64,000 nt of DNA from Candidatus Poribacteria bacterium. GTDB lineage: Bacteria; Poribacteria; WGA-4E; PCPOR2b. The notes below the pieces were generated by a model, which saw only the letters and a program-made list of their open reading frames with translations, searched no databases and had not been told where the DNA came from. Position numbers and translations under genes: made by a program. Every line of letters starts with the position of its first letter. Positions within the stretch are counted from its first letter, which is position 1. Positions 1 to 11,202 of this stretch are shown piece after piece. The stretch is from assembly GCA_965116925.1 (NCBI GenBank), contig OZ220744.1, forward strand, positions 768,001 to 832,000, read 5' to 3'.

Positions 1-685
1 TATCAAGGGACCTGTTTTTGCTAATATCGTGCTAGCAGATGAGATAAATCGTACGCCCCCCAAAACCCAAGCGGCACTATTGCAAGCTATGCAGGAGTAC
101 AAAGTCTCCGCGGGCGGCACAACTTATGAGCTAGATCGTCCCTTCTTTGTGTTAGCGACGCAGAATCCGATTGAGCAGGAGGGCACATATCCGCTGCCTG
201 AAGCGCAGCTGGATCGGTTCATGTTCAACATCTATCTCGACTACCCCGATCCCGCCGATGAAAAACAGGTTGTCATGACGACGACCTCCGCATACGAACC
301 GCAGCTAGACGCTGTCATCACAAGCGAAGAGATCTTGCGCCTGCAGCAGGTTGTTCGGAAGGTTCCGATTGCGGAATCAATCGTTGATTACGCGGTTGCA
401 TTGAGTCACCGTTCTCGTCCAAATGCGCCGGAAGCACCGGATTTCATCAAGGATTGGGTTAATTGGGGCGCAGGTCCCAGAGCATCGCAATATCTTGTGC
501 TTGGAGCGAAAGCGCGAGCGATTACGCATGGTCGCTATCATGTCGCTTACGACGATATCCGCGCTGTTGCCAAGCCGGTGCTGCGACACCGTATCCTTAC
601 GAACTTCAACGCCGAAGCCGATGGGATATCAAGCCTTGATATCATCGATCGATTGCTAGACTTGGTGCGACCGAATGAAACTTAG
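1..685 (+). CDS. moxR: MoxR family AAA+ ATPase (5' end outside window)
   Basis: Frame open from the window start ([27 protein letters not shown]); [27 protein letters not shown]. Confidence 0.93.
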   Translation, partial: IKGPVFANIVLADEINRTPPKTQAALLQAMQEYKVSAGGTTYELDRPFFVLATQNPIEQEGTYPLPEAQLDRFMFNIYLDYPDPADEKQVVMTTTSAYEPQLDAVITSEEILRLQQVVRKVPIAESIVDYAVALSHRSRPNAPEAPDFIKDWVNWGAGPRASQYLVLGAKARAITHGRYHVAYDDIRAVAKPVLRHRILTNFNAEADGISSLDIIDRLLDLVRPNET

Positions 686-700
686 ATAGCAGTATATACA

Positions 701-825
701 GGAAAACGGGAAGACGGGAAAACCAGAAAACGGGAGGAAGCGAGAGTGAGGAAGCAGGGGAGCGAGTTTTTGAGGACTTGCCTGCTCACACATTCGCTCC
801 TCCGTCTGCTCATTTTCTCGTCTTA
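701..825. repeat. Purine-rich 8-mer-like tandem repeats followed by a pyrimidine-rich, roughly complementary tract
   Basis: ggaaaacgggaagacgggaaaaccagaaaacggg...; related tracts at about 1720-1800, 34111-34124 and (reverse) 52558-52590. Confidence 0.55.
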
Positions 826-902
826 TACAGACGCGCTGATGCTTTCCGAGTTACGGACTGTAACCGTCAACTCATTACACCTGAATATTGGAGGTAATTT
901 AT

Positions 903-1688
903 ATGCGACGTAACAAGCTACGAGAGTTGTTGAACGAGGGAAAACCGACGCTCGGCACTCATATCCATAGCACTTGGCCCTCCGTTGTCGAAGCGATTGG
1001 GCATACAGGATTGTACGATTATGTTGAATTTGTGGCAGAATATGGTCCCTTCGATCTGCACGATCTTGATAACTTGGGTCGGGCGGCGGATTTATATGGT
1101 ATGTCTAGCATGATCAAGGTTGACCAAGAGCCGCGCGGCTTTATCGCACAACGTGCAATCGGCTCCGGTTTCCAGAGCGTGTTGTTCGCCGACTGCCATA
1201 CGGTAGAAGATGTCAAGGAATGTGTGAAGATCTCACGTCCGGATACCCCCGAAGATGGCGGTTCCTATGGTGTTGCTACTCGCCGTTTTACATACATGGG
1301 GTACGGCGGCTCCCAAACATACGTTGAGGCGATTAGGGATGTCGTCGTGGTGATTATGATCGAGAAGGCGGGCACTGTTGATAACCTAGAGGAAGTTCTT
1401 TCGGTCAATGGGGTTGACATGATCCAGTGGGGTGGATCCGACTACTCGATGAATATTGGCAAAGTCGGTGAACGGGGTTCACCCGAAATTCAAGCAGCCG
1501 AGCGTAAGGTGTTTGAAACTGCGATAAAGATGGGTGTACCACCGCGTGCCGAGGTCAATACGGTGGATTCGGCGAAAGCCTACCTTGATATGGGGGTGCG
1601 CCATTTCTGCATCGGCACCGATATTTCAATCCTTTTCGATTGGTGGAAGACACACGGTGACGATTTTAGGAAAGCACTCGAAGCGTGA
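903..1688 (+). CDS. HpcH/HpaI aldolase family protein
   Basis: GKPTLG, YDYVEFVAEYGP, MIEKAGTVDNLEEVLSVNGVD; ggagg RBS before ATG 903. Confidence 0.88.
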   Translation: MRRNKLRELLNEGKPTLGTHIHSTWPSVVEAIGHTGLYDYVEFVAEYGPFDLHDLDNLGRAADLYGMSSMIKVDQEPRGFIAQRAIGSGFQSVLFADCHTVEDVKECVKISRPDTPEDGGSYGVATRRFTYMGYGGSQTYVEAIRDVVVVIMIEKAGTVDNLEEVLSVNGVDMIQWGGSDYSMNIGKVGERGSPEIQAAERKVFETAIKMGVPPRAEVNTVDSAKAYLDMGVRHFCIGTDISILFDWWKTHGDDFRKALEA

Positions 1689-1827
1689 AACGTGATGCGT
1701 GAAGCGTGATGCACAAGCGCGGGAGCGTGGGAGCGGGTGGACGAGGGAGCGAGGGAGTGAGAAAAGACACTCGCTTCCTCGTCGGTTTGCTTCTGATCTT
1801 CCTGTTATGCTTCACGCTTCATTGATT

Positions 1828-1935
1828 TATAGTGGATCTTAGAATTAATGAGACACCCAAAATCGGCGCAGTTGGAAACAGCGCCTACCAAACATGGGGA
1901 GCGAAAGTGTTCATTTATTTTTTGAATTCACTATA
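1828..1935 (+). mobile_element. MITE family E (108 bp, TATAGT...CACTATA ends, internal REP hairpin)
   Basis: Imperfect TIR tatagtggatcttagaa / ttttgaattcactata; near-identical 108-bp copies at 46847 and 48158. Confidence 0.85.
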
Positions 1936-1967
1936 GAAGGAGGCGTGGCTCGTGCCACGGAGACGGT

Positions 1968-2555
1968 GTGAAACGTAAAGCTGAGGTTGTCCGCGAAACG
2001 CGGGAAACGCAAATTACGCTTAAGCTCAATATTGATGGTTCAGGAGAGTCCAATATCATTACCGGCGTTGGGTTTCTGGACCACCTACTTGAACTCTTTG
2101 CCAAACACGGATTCTTTGATCTCGAAGTAAATGCTACAGGCGACCTTCACGTTGACGCACACCACACTGTCGAAGATGTGGGCATCTGTTTAGGGGAGGC
2201 TTTCATGAACGCAATCGGAGACAAAGCCGGGATGCGTCGATTTGGCAGTTTCACCGTTCCGATGTATGAGGCACTTGCACAGGTTGATCTGGATTTCTGC
2301 GGTCGCCCCTACCTTCATTACCAAACGCCCCTCAATCATGGACAGATAGGTGCCTTCGACGTGGAACTTGCTGAGGAATTTTTCCACGGGTTTGTCAACC
2401 ATAGCGGAACGACGTTGCACATCAATGTCCCTTACGGGACCAATCGTCACCATATCATTGAAGCGATTTTTAAGGCGGTCGCAAAAGCACTTGATATTTC
2501 CACAAGTATTGATGATCGCGTGAGCGGTGTGCTTTCAACAAAAGGCACGTTATAA
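1968..2555 (+). CDS. hisB: Imidazoleglycerol-phosphate dehydratase
   Basis: [47 protein letters not shown]. Confidence 0.97.
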   Translation: MKRKAEVVRETRETQITLKLNIDGSGESNIITGVGFLDHLLELFAKHGFFDLEVNATGDLHVDAHHTVEDVGICLGEAFMNAIGDKAGMRRFGSFTVPMYEALAQVDLDFCGRPYLHYQTPLNHGQIGAFDVELAEEFFHGFVNHSGTTLHINVPYGTNRHHIIEAIFKAVAKALDISTSIDDRVSGVLSTKGTL

Positions 2556-2852
2556 AAAAATAACGAGTAATACGTAAGGGGTTATCTGTCTAACGACGTT
2601 CTTTTTAGAGTGGACCATTATTTGCTTTCTTGTACCCACCAACTGTATAGAAGAATTGACCTATCTCTTCAACCGAAGGATTTTTTTGTAAACTAGTCCC
2701 CTCTCTCCTGCGTTTATCTCCAAATCTGGGTAAGCCATCGTGAAAGATACTTGCCGTGTATTTAAGGTCCTTATGGAATCGGCAGCTATCTTTCGGTGAT
2801 CTGCTAAATTAGTGAACGGTTTATCCGATTCCAGATCCGATGGAGAAACGCA

Positions 2853-5800
2853 TTGACTTTGATCGGTACAAAAATTTCCCGCCCGTCTTCCTTCTTCATC
2901 CTTGCGTTCATTTTTGCCACGTTACATCCTCCCGCTGCTCAAGCCGAACCTGTTCTCAAAGACGTATCGCTGACAGAATACTACATGAAACGCCGCGCCC
3001 TAGCACTTGATACGGAAGAAACGGAGCCTCCAACCCAGCTTGCCGAAGAATCGAAGACACAAGATTTCTGGGCGGCTCCAGCGGATCCGGCTACAGACCC
3101 GTGGACAACCGAGCCGCTCCCGGCAGCCGAAGAAACAGAAGAGCAGGACATCCGCCTAGAGATGTTGACGCCGTACTACGAATCGTTGCGCCGGTGGAAG
3201 AATCCACCTTTCCTCCTTGATCTCCGCGACCTTGATGACTTACGCGAGGGACAACGGGAAGAGGAGGAGAAGGGGATTGCGCTGCCCCTCCAGTCTAATC
3301 TCCAGATCACGGGTCATAAGTCGGTAACAGTTGAATTACACCAGACGCACTATTTTGGCGAAGGTGATATCAACCGTTATGGCGGCAGTTATGGAGGGGG
3401 TAGTTTTGGCTCCGGCCTGGATCTTGGGTTGACCTCCTCCTATACCTACGATAGCTTTGGTAGCGGTTTCGGTGGCGGGTATGGTGGTGGATACGGTGGC
3501 GGTTTCGGTGGCGGGTATGGTGGCGGTTTCGGCGGCGGATATGGTGGTGGATATGACAGCGGTTTTGGGAGCGGTCGTTACGGCGTGCCTCGCGATACGG
3601 GGATAAATATTCGGCAAACCCTCGAAGTAGGCTTGCATGGGCGGGTTGGAGAACATACCCATGTTGAGGTTGACTATAGCGACTCCGGTGGCGGCTATGG
3701 CGGTGGATACGGTGGCTATAGCAGCGGTTACGGCGGTGGATACGGCGGTGCAAAGGAGCAGAAAATCCGCGTTTGGTATGAAGGGTCAGAAACGAGTATC
3801 CTCAAAACGCTTTCTTTTGGCGATCTAACACTTAACCTACCCAATACCCGCTTTTTGAACGTCAATCGCAATCTGTTTGGACTTGAGGCGGTCGCCCAAC
3901 TTGGTGGGGCAAAGTTGACGGCATTTGGCTCCCGCAGCAAAGGTATCACTGATATACGCCGTTTCCGTGGGGAGTCACGACGGGCAGGCGGTGGCAGAGG
4001 TCTCCCAATTCCTGATGCGAATTATGTTAAAGAACGGTTTTACCTTATTCAACTCGGCGAAGATGAACTCCTCCACGATTCCTACCGTCCAATTCAGCGT
4101 GGCAGTGAGGAAATCTATATTGACGATAACGTCGCGAGCAACAATCAGGGCGGCGTGCGGACGGGGCGCGGCTACTTCAACCTCCAACAAGCGGGGCGGG
4201 ACTATAATATCAATTACGAAACCGGTGAAATCGAGTTCTTAACGCCGATTTCCGCTAGCTACGAGATTGTCGTCGCTTATGAATATCTCGGCGAGGGCGG
4301 TGGTATGGTTGGAAAACCGGGGAATGTCTTTGAGGACGAGAACGGTGATGGCACGGTTGATGAAGAGGGAGAGGAAATCGGCTATGTCACCCTCAAAGGG
4401 AAAAGCCTGCGAGGCACAGAATCGAGACGCGTGTATAGTCTTGGCAACCGGAATATTAGCCCACGGGATTACCAAATCGCCATTGTGCGTCAGGGGAGTG
4501 GCGAATCGTTCGATACAGGGAGCGGAGAAATTCCGTATATCCAGATCTTTGGACTAGATGAAAATGGAGATGGTATCGTTGATCCGGAGTTTATCGACTT
4601 TGACCGAGGCATCCTGACGTTTCCTGATTTGCGTCCCTTTGTCATCGATGACCCCGCAAGTCCTTACTACCAATTTCGTGAACAGTTAAGCAACGAAGCC
4701 ATCTACCTCGAAAACCCAAGGACGACCGATGCGGCTTACACGATCATCGTAGATTATTCTTTTCAATCGGAGACGTACAACGTTGGGCTGTTTGTTATCC
4801 CAAACAGTGAGAAGGTGAGACTCAATGGGCAACTGCTGCAGCGCGATGTTGATTATACAATGATCTATGAAGTAGGAAGCCTTCGTTTTTTTACGGAACT
4901 TGATGAGTTCGACGAAATCGTGGTTGAATTTGAGAGAACTCCATTCGGTGGATCGCTGCAACAAACGGTTGCCGGAGTATGGCTAGAATATTCCTATATT
5001 CCCAAACCGAAGACAGAGAAGAAAGAGCAGAAGTTCGATCGGTTTGAGCGGCTTATCGGTAGGATTGATGGCCGGGAAATAGACGATCGGTCTGACATTG
5101 AGGACAGTCCCTTCGGCCGAAGGTCCCCGGGTGGATTTGGCGGCAGTCAATTTGGTGGCGGTAGGTCCCGTGGTTTTGGCGGTGGATTTGGCGGCGGCTT
5201 TGGTGGATACTCAAGTTTAGGTGGTCGATCTAGGCGAGGATTGCGCGCCGGTGGCAGTAGCTATTTTAATCCTACATTCCAGAAAGGATTTAGCTTTGCA
5301 ACAGGTTATATCCTGAACACCGGACAAAAACCGTCTCGTATCCCCGACGTCAACGGTGCGCCGAGCCGATTGCAGGCTGTCAATTTCAACACCAGCTTTG
5401 GCAGGGATTTCAATTTAGCATGGCTGTTGAACCCACTACCATTTGTCGCAATGCGTAATTTTCCGTTGTCAATAAATTTCAGCGGGGAAACAGCATTCTC
5501 GCACAATAACCCAAACAGTGTCGGGCTTGCCCTGATTGATAGTATGGAAGGGGCGCGGGAGGCGTCAAATACTCCTACGTTCAAACATCATTGGCGTGTG
5601 AGCAGTCTACCTGTCGCAGAAGGGGTGACCTTGGATAATCGCGCCCTTTTTCGGGTGCTCGCACGGGATCGCAACGAATCCCAAGCTGTTGGCAACTATA
5701 TGCGCAATCGTGAGGTGCCTGCATCGGTGATTAATCCGCTGGCAAACTCAACGGAAGAACGCCTCATCATGGAGGTTGGTTATGATCTGACAGATGTCAT

Positions 5801-8800
5801 TGAAGAGTGGGGCGGCTTTTCATACGGTTTGTCCGCCTCCGGCGAGGATTTCTCGGAACGCCAATTCCTCGAAATTTGGTTTCGTGTGCGTGGTGACTCG
5901 GATGTGACGTTGCATATCGATCTGGGTGTGGTCAGCGAAGATAGCGACTTGGATAACCGACTTGACACCGAAGATCTGCCACCGGAGCTAGAAGATATTA
6001 ACGGGGATGGAAAAGTCGACACGTTAGACCTTGATTTGGAAAATCTGCCTGCTTCCCACAAATTCCGCGCAAATGGCTCGTTGGACACAGGTGAGGATGT
6101 CGGGTGGGAGTATAGTGCTGGGTTCCAACCGACGAAAGTTGGGCCCAACAACACGGTTATGGATACGGAAGACCTTAACGGAGATGGCGTACTAGACACT
6201 GTCGATGCCTACCTTGAGATCAAAATTCCGCTCAACGATATCCCTGAAGAGTGGCTAAAACGGCAACATCCGAATGGCTGGACATTTCTAAGCATCCCCC
6301 TTAGCGCAGCCACAACTGAAGGCAATCGTCTACCGAACCTTGGTTTTATTCAACACCTGCGTTTTTGGTTACAGAAGAACAGATCCGGAACTGTCACAGG
6401 CAAATTTGAATGGGCGTCCATTGAGGTAGTCGGGGTGCAGTGGGAGCGCGGTGTGGTGACACGAAATGACGCAATTACCAACGATGCAGCCGAGCGGTTT
6501 ACCGTTGGGACCAAAGACAACTTCAATTTCAACGATTATCAGGCTGCTTATGACCAGATTAAGGAGGAGGACGATTTCAAAAGGTTACACCCCTTTACAG
6601 AATCGACATACGGTTACCAACAACGACAGCAGCGCGAACAAACACTGACGTTGAATTATGTACTTCTGCCGGAATCCTTCGGTGTGACATCACGAGTATT
6701 GCGCGGTCTGCAACATGGCGAAGGGCAAGATTTTTCAAAACACGACACGCTCAGATTGTGGATTTACGGCGACAGAAGCGAGACGACATTTGTGTTGCGC
6801 CTTGCGCCAAGCATCCGCACCGGATTTCGGTCTACTTATCGTTCTGCAGGTCCCTTTGAGGATCCGCAGGACCAAGAGGAAGATATCAATGTCTTTGAAA
6901 ATTTGAGGGATTTCTATGAATACACACGGGTGATTGATTTTGATGGCTGGAAACTGATTGAAATTGAGTTGCACGATCTAAAGCGAAATGAATATCCTGA
7001 TGCGAGCCCACTAACCGATCTAGGCGGCGTTATACCGCAGACAGGTCAAATTAGTCAACTGGATCCAACGACCTTGACGGACCCATCAACTGAGCCAGAG
7101 ATAGATGCCAACGCACCAGATGGACATCCAGATGGTTTCGTTGTGCGGGGCACAAACAGTTCCCAACTTTCGATAAAGAATGTTGGAGGCATTTTAATTG
7201 GCATCCGCAATGACACATCGCGGGAGATTGGTGGGGAATTGTGGGTCAACGAAATTCATCTAAGCAATCCGCTGGTCCGTTCAGGTTGGGCCCGGCGCGC
7301 CAACATGAACGTCAAACTTGGCAATCTGTTCAAGGTAGACGGTGGATATGCAAGGCAAGATAAGGACTTCGAGAATTCTGCCGGCGATACAGGGCGCCAA
7401 CGTCGCCACGATCTGGGATATAGCACGACTAGCAATGACTTCAATATCAATACCGAGCTCACCCTCTTTTCTTGGCTTCCCATCCGCTACTCGGTGCGAG
7501 AGGATGAATCTGAGACAGAGAGCCGGCGCGGATCTTTTAGTTCCTTCCAAAGTGGAAAGAGTAAAACAAAGAATCGGGATTTTTCGGCGAGTTTGAATTT
7601 GCGTCCACTTCCAGTGTTGGGGTTCGCGCTCAATCGCCAAGATTTCTGGAATGAACGCCAAGGCACGGAACTCAGCGATCTCTATACCGGTTCTTTCCAG
7701 TTCGATCTCGGTTCATTTTTTGGGCTGGATGTTCAGTATCATCACGAAGACGTTGAAACGGATTCGTCAACGGCGACAGATACCTCTAGCGGCAGCAGTT
7801 CTTCCTTTGGGAGCTACTATGGGCGCAGCCGAGATGAAAAGGTGGACAGCGGCAGTATTTCGATCGATATCAGCCCGTTTGAGAGTTTTAGCCTGAATCC
7901 GCAGTACGAAGTCCGCCGCACCCTTGAGAAACAGGATCCCAGTGCTCAAGGCGGACGTGGTTTCAGCAGTTTCGCGCAATCGACGACCTCAACAATGGAG
8001 GAGACAGAAGAACCGGCAGCAGTTCCTATATTCACCATTGCGGAACGAGAACATCGAATTGCTCTGAATCCACGTTTGAATCGGGATTTGCTAGGCATCC
8101 GTCCAACGATTAATAACCGAGTTAGCCTGAACGAGAACTGGTTTGGCGATCGAAAAGATGCCCGGATCAGCGCGAATGTCAGCTTAGGCCTCAATGTCCG
8201 TCCACGGGCGTGGTTCGGTTGGTTGTTCCGAGAGCCGGAACCTGAAACATCTCCCGAAGAAGAGGGGGAACAGGGGGCAGCAAAAGAAGGAGAGGAGGAA
8301 AACAGGGAACCGGGTGGTCCAACATCTAAATCGTCCTCAGAATTTGACAGCTTTGAGGAAGAAGCGCGCCTTGAGGAGAAGCGTCAACGAGAACTTGACC
8401 GGCTTGAACGGATGGGCATCGATTCCGAGACAATTCAAGACGCAGAGGATCAGCGCGGGGACTGGATCCGTCGTGATAAGGCAGAACTGGCACGGAAACT
8501 GAAAGAGCGAGAGGGTAAGCAAGAGGAAAAGAAAGCCGGCATTATTCAACGAAGCATCGAAAGTCTTGGGTTGAACGCGAATGTTAGTCTCAACAACCAA
8601 GATTCTCTGCGGGGATTGGAGCCGGGTATGCGGATTGCGGATATTTTACAACTTCCAGATGAGGCTGAGGAGCGCACCCAGTCGCGCCAAGGGACGCGCT
8701 ACAGTTTTCGGACATCGGTTGATCCGTGGAGTTGGGCATCACTCGGCGGCAACATTGACCTCAGCAACAATTTCACCAAGTCTTCGAGTACCTCCTCCAG

Positions 8801-9371
8801 ATCCGAGTCCCTCCGTTATGAAGGGGATGTTAAGATTTTCAACTCAAAAAACACATCAAGCCTGCAGCTGAGATACGGTTATACGCTACGAGATCAGAGC
8901 AATATCAGTACCCAGATTGGTCAGAGTACCGCTCATGAACCGTCAGTGAGTTGGAGTCATACATGGGGCGAGACGACAAGAACCGCATTTGGTATCCGCC
9001 TCACGGAACGCGACGGGGAACGAAGCGGGATTGATACGACCTCGTTTATTATTACACCGAACTTTAGCATTGATTACCGGGTGCGGATAGAAGGTGGCAT
9101 TCGGCTTCCCTTTATCGGCAAGGTGCCCCTTGAGCACGACTTAGATCTCAGTAACACCCTTTCAACGGTTATCCGTCGCGAACGGTTCGGGGCGAATCGA
9201 GAAGAACGGTCTGAGCGATATGAAACGTCTCTGCGGGTTGGGTATAGATTGAGCGAACGGCTCACTGCTGATCTGAGTCTTGGCTTGAGCTACAATAACG
9301 ATCGCGTTGAAGAGGGACGGGATTTTATTTCGGTGGCGAGTGCGTTGACGGTTCGCGGCGAGTTTGAGTGA
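2853..9371 (+). CDS. sprA: SprA/Sov-like very large outer-membrane beta-barrel protein (T9SS translocon-like)
   Basis: Signal peptide; FGDLTLNLPNTRF..NLFGL; SEKVRLNGQLLQRDVDYTMIYEVGSL; LIDSMEG; LHIDLGVVSED; DTEDLNGDG; GELWVNEIHLS; C-terminal alternating beta strands. Confidence 0.75.
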   Translation: MTLIGTKISRPSSFFILAFIFATLHPPAAQAEPVLKDVSLTEYYMKRRALALDTEETEPPTQLAEESKTQDFWAAPADPATDPWTTEPLPAAEETEEQDIRLEMLTPYYESLRRWKNPPFLLDLRDLDDLREGQREEEEKGIALPLQSNLQITGHKSVTVELHQTHYFGEGDINRYGGSYGGGSFGSGLDLGLTSSYTYDSFGSGFGGGYGGGYGGGFGGGYGGGFGGGYGGGYDSGFGSGRYGVPRDTGINIRQTLEVGLHGRVGEHTHVEVDYSDSGGGYGGGYGGYSSGYGGGYGGAKEQKIRVWYEGSETSILKTLSFGDLTLNLPNTRFLNVNRNLFGLEAVAQLGGAKLTAFGSRSKGITDIRRFRGESRRAGGGRGLPIPDANYVKERFYLIQLGEDELLHDSYRPIQRGSEEIYIDDNVASNNQGGVRTGRGYFNLQQAGRDYNINYETGEIEFLTPISASYEIVVAYEYLGEGGGMVGKPGNVFEDENGDGTVDEEGEEIGYVTLKGKSLRGTESRRVYSLGNRNISPRDYQIAIVRQGSGESFDTGSGEIPYIQIFGLDENGDGIVDPEFIDFDRGILTFPDLRPFVIDDPASPYYQFREQLSNEAIYLENPRTTDAAYTIIVDYSFQSETYNVGLFVIPNSEKVRLNGQLLQRDVDYTMIYEVGSLRFFTELDEFDEIVVEFERTPFGGSLQQTVAGVWLEYSYIPKPKTEKKEQKFDRFERLIGRIDGREIDDRSDIEDSPFGRRSPGGFGGSQFGGGRSRGFGGGFGGGFGGYSSLGGRSRRGLRAGGSSYFNPTFQKGFSFATGYILNTGQKPSRIPDVNGAPSRLQAVNFNTSFGRDFNLAWLLNPLPFVAMRNFPLSINFSGETAFSHNNPNSVGLALIDSMEGAREASNTPTFKHHWRVSSLPVAEGVTLDNRALFRVLARDRNESQAVGNYMRNREVPASVINPLANSTEERLIMEVGYDLTDVIEEWGGFSYGLSASGEDFSERQFLEIWFRVRGDSDVTLHIDLGVVSEDSDLDNRLDTEDLPPELEDINGDGKVDTLDLDLENLPASHKFRANGSLDTGEDVGWEYSAGFQPTKVGPNNTVMDTEDLNGDGVLDTVDAYLEIKIPLNDIPEEWLKRQHPNGWTFLSIPLSAATTEGNRLPNLGFIQHLRFWLQKNRSGTVTGKFEWASIEVVGVQWERGVVTRNDAITNDAAERFTVGTKDNFNFNDYQAAYDQIKEEDDFKRLHPFTESTYGYQQRQQREQTLTLNYVLLPESFGVTSRVLRGLQHGEGQDFSKHDTLRLWIYGDRSETTFVLRLAPSIRTGFRSTYRSAGPFEDPQDQEEDINVFENLRDFYEYTRVIDFDGWKLIEIELHDLKRNEYPDASPLTDLGGVIPQTGQISQLDPTTLTDPSTEPEIDANAPDGHPDGFVVRGTNSSQLSIKNVGGILIGIRNDTSREIGGELWVNEIHLSNPLVRSGWARRANMNVKLGNLFKVDGGYARQDKDFENSAGDTGRQRRHDLGYSTTSNDFNINTELTLFSWLPIRYSVREDESETESRRGSFSSFQSGKSKTKNRDFSASLNLRPLPVLGFALNRQDFWNERQGTELSDLYTGSFQFDLGSFFGLDVQYHHEDVETDSSTATDTSSGSSSSFGSYYGRSRDEKVDSGSISIDISPFESFSLNPQYEVRRTLEKQDPSAQGGRGFSSFAQSTTSTMEETEEPAAVPIFTIAEREHRIALNPRLNRDLLGIRPTINNRVSLNENWFGDRKDARISANVSLGLNVRPRAWFGWLFREPEPETSPEEEGEQGAAKEGEEENREPGGPTSKSSSEFDSFEEEARLEEKRQRELDRLERMGIDSETIQDAEDQRGDWIRRDKAELARKLKEREGKQEEKKAGIIQRSIESLGLNANVSLNNQDSLRGLEPGMRIADILQLPDEAEERTQSRQGTRYSFRTSVDPWSWASLGGNIDLSNNFTKSSSTSSRSESLRYEGDVKIFNSKNTSSLQLRYGYTLRDQSNISTQIGQSTAHEPSVSWSHTWGETTRTAFGIRLTERDGERSGIDTTSFIITPNFSIDYRVRIEGGIRLPFIGKVPLEHDLDLSNTLSTVIRRERFGANREERSERYETSLRVGYRLSERLTADLSLGLSYNNDRVEEGRDFISVASALTVRGEFE

Positions 9372-11010
9372 TTGTAAGGGACTGATTCGGTTTTACATCA
9401 GCAAGCTGATCGGCGTTCCCACTGTCCCACCGGACCGTAATTGCGTCAATTTGGGAATCATCTCCAACTCCGAAGATAGCGGTGAGTTCGCTCTGTGAGC
9501 AGTAGCTTGCTCCACTTTTCAGTATGCGCCTCTGTGTCCCGGATTTGGACTGTACGGTAATTTCCGCGCCGATTCCACTCCGATTGCTCTTGGTCCCGAT
9601 CAGTTTTAGCTTAATCCAATTGTTTCGATTCCCACCATCGTTACGGTATAGACGGGCTGCTGTATTGGAAGTATTGACCAACACATCCCAATCGCCATCG
9701 TTATCAATGTCCCCATACGCCGCACCGCGTCCGACGATCGGCTGTCGGAGATCTGAGCCGACTTTTGGTGCAACATCTTCAAACTGACCGTTACCGATGT
9801 TGTGGAACAGATGCGGTGGCTGTGCATAGGTTACTTCGCTCTGCACGGCATTGATATCGTTTTCAATGTGGCCATTGGCTGCGAAAATATCGAGTTTCCC
9901 ATCTAGGTCGAAATCGAAAAAGAAACAGCCAAATGTCAACGTTAGCAAGCTTGGAAGTCCAATCTTGGCAATAGGAGCATCATCAATAAAAAGCTCCGCC
10001 TCATTACGGTAAAGATTCATCATCTCATTGGAGAAATTGCCAATAACGAGGCTTTCCCGTCCGCTGCCATCGTAGTCCCCGGTGTCAACCCCCATCGCCC
10101 CTGTCGCAACACCTCTTTCGTCGAAAGCAACGCCGGTTTCTAGCCCCCTTTCGATAAAGGTCCCATCCCCGTTGTTCTGATAGAGCTTATTCGGTTGTGT
10201 GTCATTTGCTTCAAAGATGTCGGGGAAGCCATCGTTGTTGTAGTCAAATACGCAGACGCCGAGCGATTTACTAGTTGGGTCTTCAATCAGGGCAATTCGC
10301 GAAACATCGGTGAACGTCCCATCGCCACGATTCCTGAATAGTTTGCTCGCTTGACCCGGATACGATCTGGGACCGCAGTACGATTGATTCACACCATCTA
10401 ACGTGCAGAAAAGGTTGGTCTCAGGGGTCCATTCCACGTAATTGGCGACAAAGAGATCAAGATTACCATCTTTATCGTAATCTAGCCAAGCGCAGCTTGT
10501 GCCTAAACCGGGGTTATCGATTCCGGCAGCTTCCGTTGCATCAATAAAGGTTCCATCTCCTTGATTCTGGAATAACCGATCAGCCCCCAAGCAGCTTATA
10601 TACAGATCTGCATCACCGTCGTTATCGTAGTCGGCAGCGGCAACACCAAGCCCATACAATTCCACGGCAAGCCCGGCAGTTTCTGTGACATCTGTGAACG
10701 TTCCGTCTTGGTTGTTCCGATAGAGCCCCATTGTTTGCCGCCTTCCGGTGGGGTGTCCCGCCCAATCTTTACCGTTCACCAACAGAATATCCTGCCAGCC
10801 ATCGTTGTTGTAGTCAATAAACGCACAACCAGAAGCGATCTCTTCGGGAAGGTACTTTTCGCCAAACGCACCGGTGTTGTGGACAAAATCGATCCCTGCT
10901 TTGCTTGTAATATCGACAAATTGGGGGAGTGTTTCTGCGGCAGTTGCGCTTCGTATCCAGATTAGAGATATGAAGATAAAAATCCATTGTGTTGATGAGG
11001 TGGTTTTCAT
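9325..11010 (-). CDS. CRTAC1-like FG-GAP/VCBS repeat protein with C-terminal ASPIC/UnbV domain
   Basis: Signal peptide; repeated DYNNDG/DYDNDG/DFDLDG; GIGAEITV..SGASYCSQSELTAIFGVG; ATG 11010 preferred. Confidence 0.9.
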   Translation of the reverse strand: MKTTSSTQWIFIFISLIWIRSATAAETLPQFVDITSKAGIDFVHNTGAFGEKYLPEEIASGCAFIDYNNDGWQDILLVNGKDWAGHPTGRRQTMGLYRNNQDGTFTDVTETAGLAVELYGLGVAAADYDNDGDADLYISCLGADRLFQNQGDGTFIDATEAAGIDNPGLGTSCAWLDYDKDGNLDLFVANYVEWTPETNLFCTLDGVNQSYCGPRSYPGQASKLFRNRGDGTFTDVSRIALIEDPTSKSLGVCVFDYNNDGFPDIFEANDTQPNKLYQNNGDGTFIERGLETGVAFDERGVATGAMGVDTGDYDGSGRESLVIGNFSNEMMNLYRNEAELFIDDAPIAKIGLPSLLTLTFGCFFFDFDLDGKLDIFAANGHIENDINAVQSEVTYAQPPHLFHNIGNGQFEDVAPKVGSDLRQPIVGRGAAYGDIDNDGDWDVLVNTSNTAARLYRNDGGNRNNWIKLKLIGTKSNRSGIGAEITVQSKSGTQRRILKSGASYCSQSELTAIFGVGDDSQIDAITVRWDSGNADQLADVKPNQSLTITQTRREPSTHSPPK

Positions 11011-11083
11011 TATTGATTCATAAAAAATAAAGTGCAATACGATAAGCACGTGATGCGTGATACGTGATAACGTGATGAATAAG

Positions 11084-11202
11084 CTAGTACTCAGTCATAT
11101 AAGTTTTGCATATCAACAAGGGGGTCGGGTGACCCGACCCCTACGAAGTATTATGAGTCTCAATCCATATAGACAAGCATAATTTGCCTGACAGTGTACT
11201 AG
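11084..11202 (+). mobile_element. MITE family A (119 bp including flanking CTAG at both ends)
   Basis: ctagtactcagtca...tgacagtgtactag; near-identical copies at 25738 and 44793. Confidence 0.88.

Noticed and set aside
3336..3753. Thr/Ala-rich and His/Arg-rich minus-strand ORFs
   Set aside because: Antisense shadows of the Gly-rich repeat in the SprA-like gene
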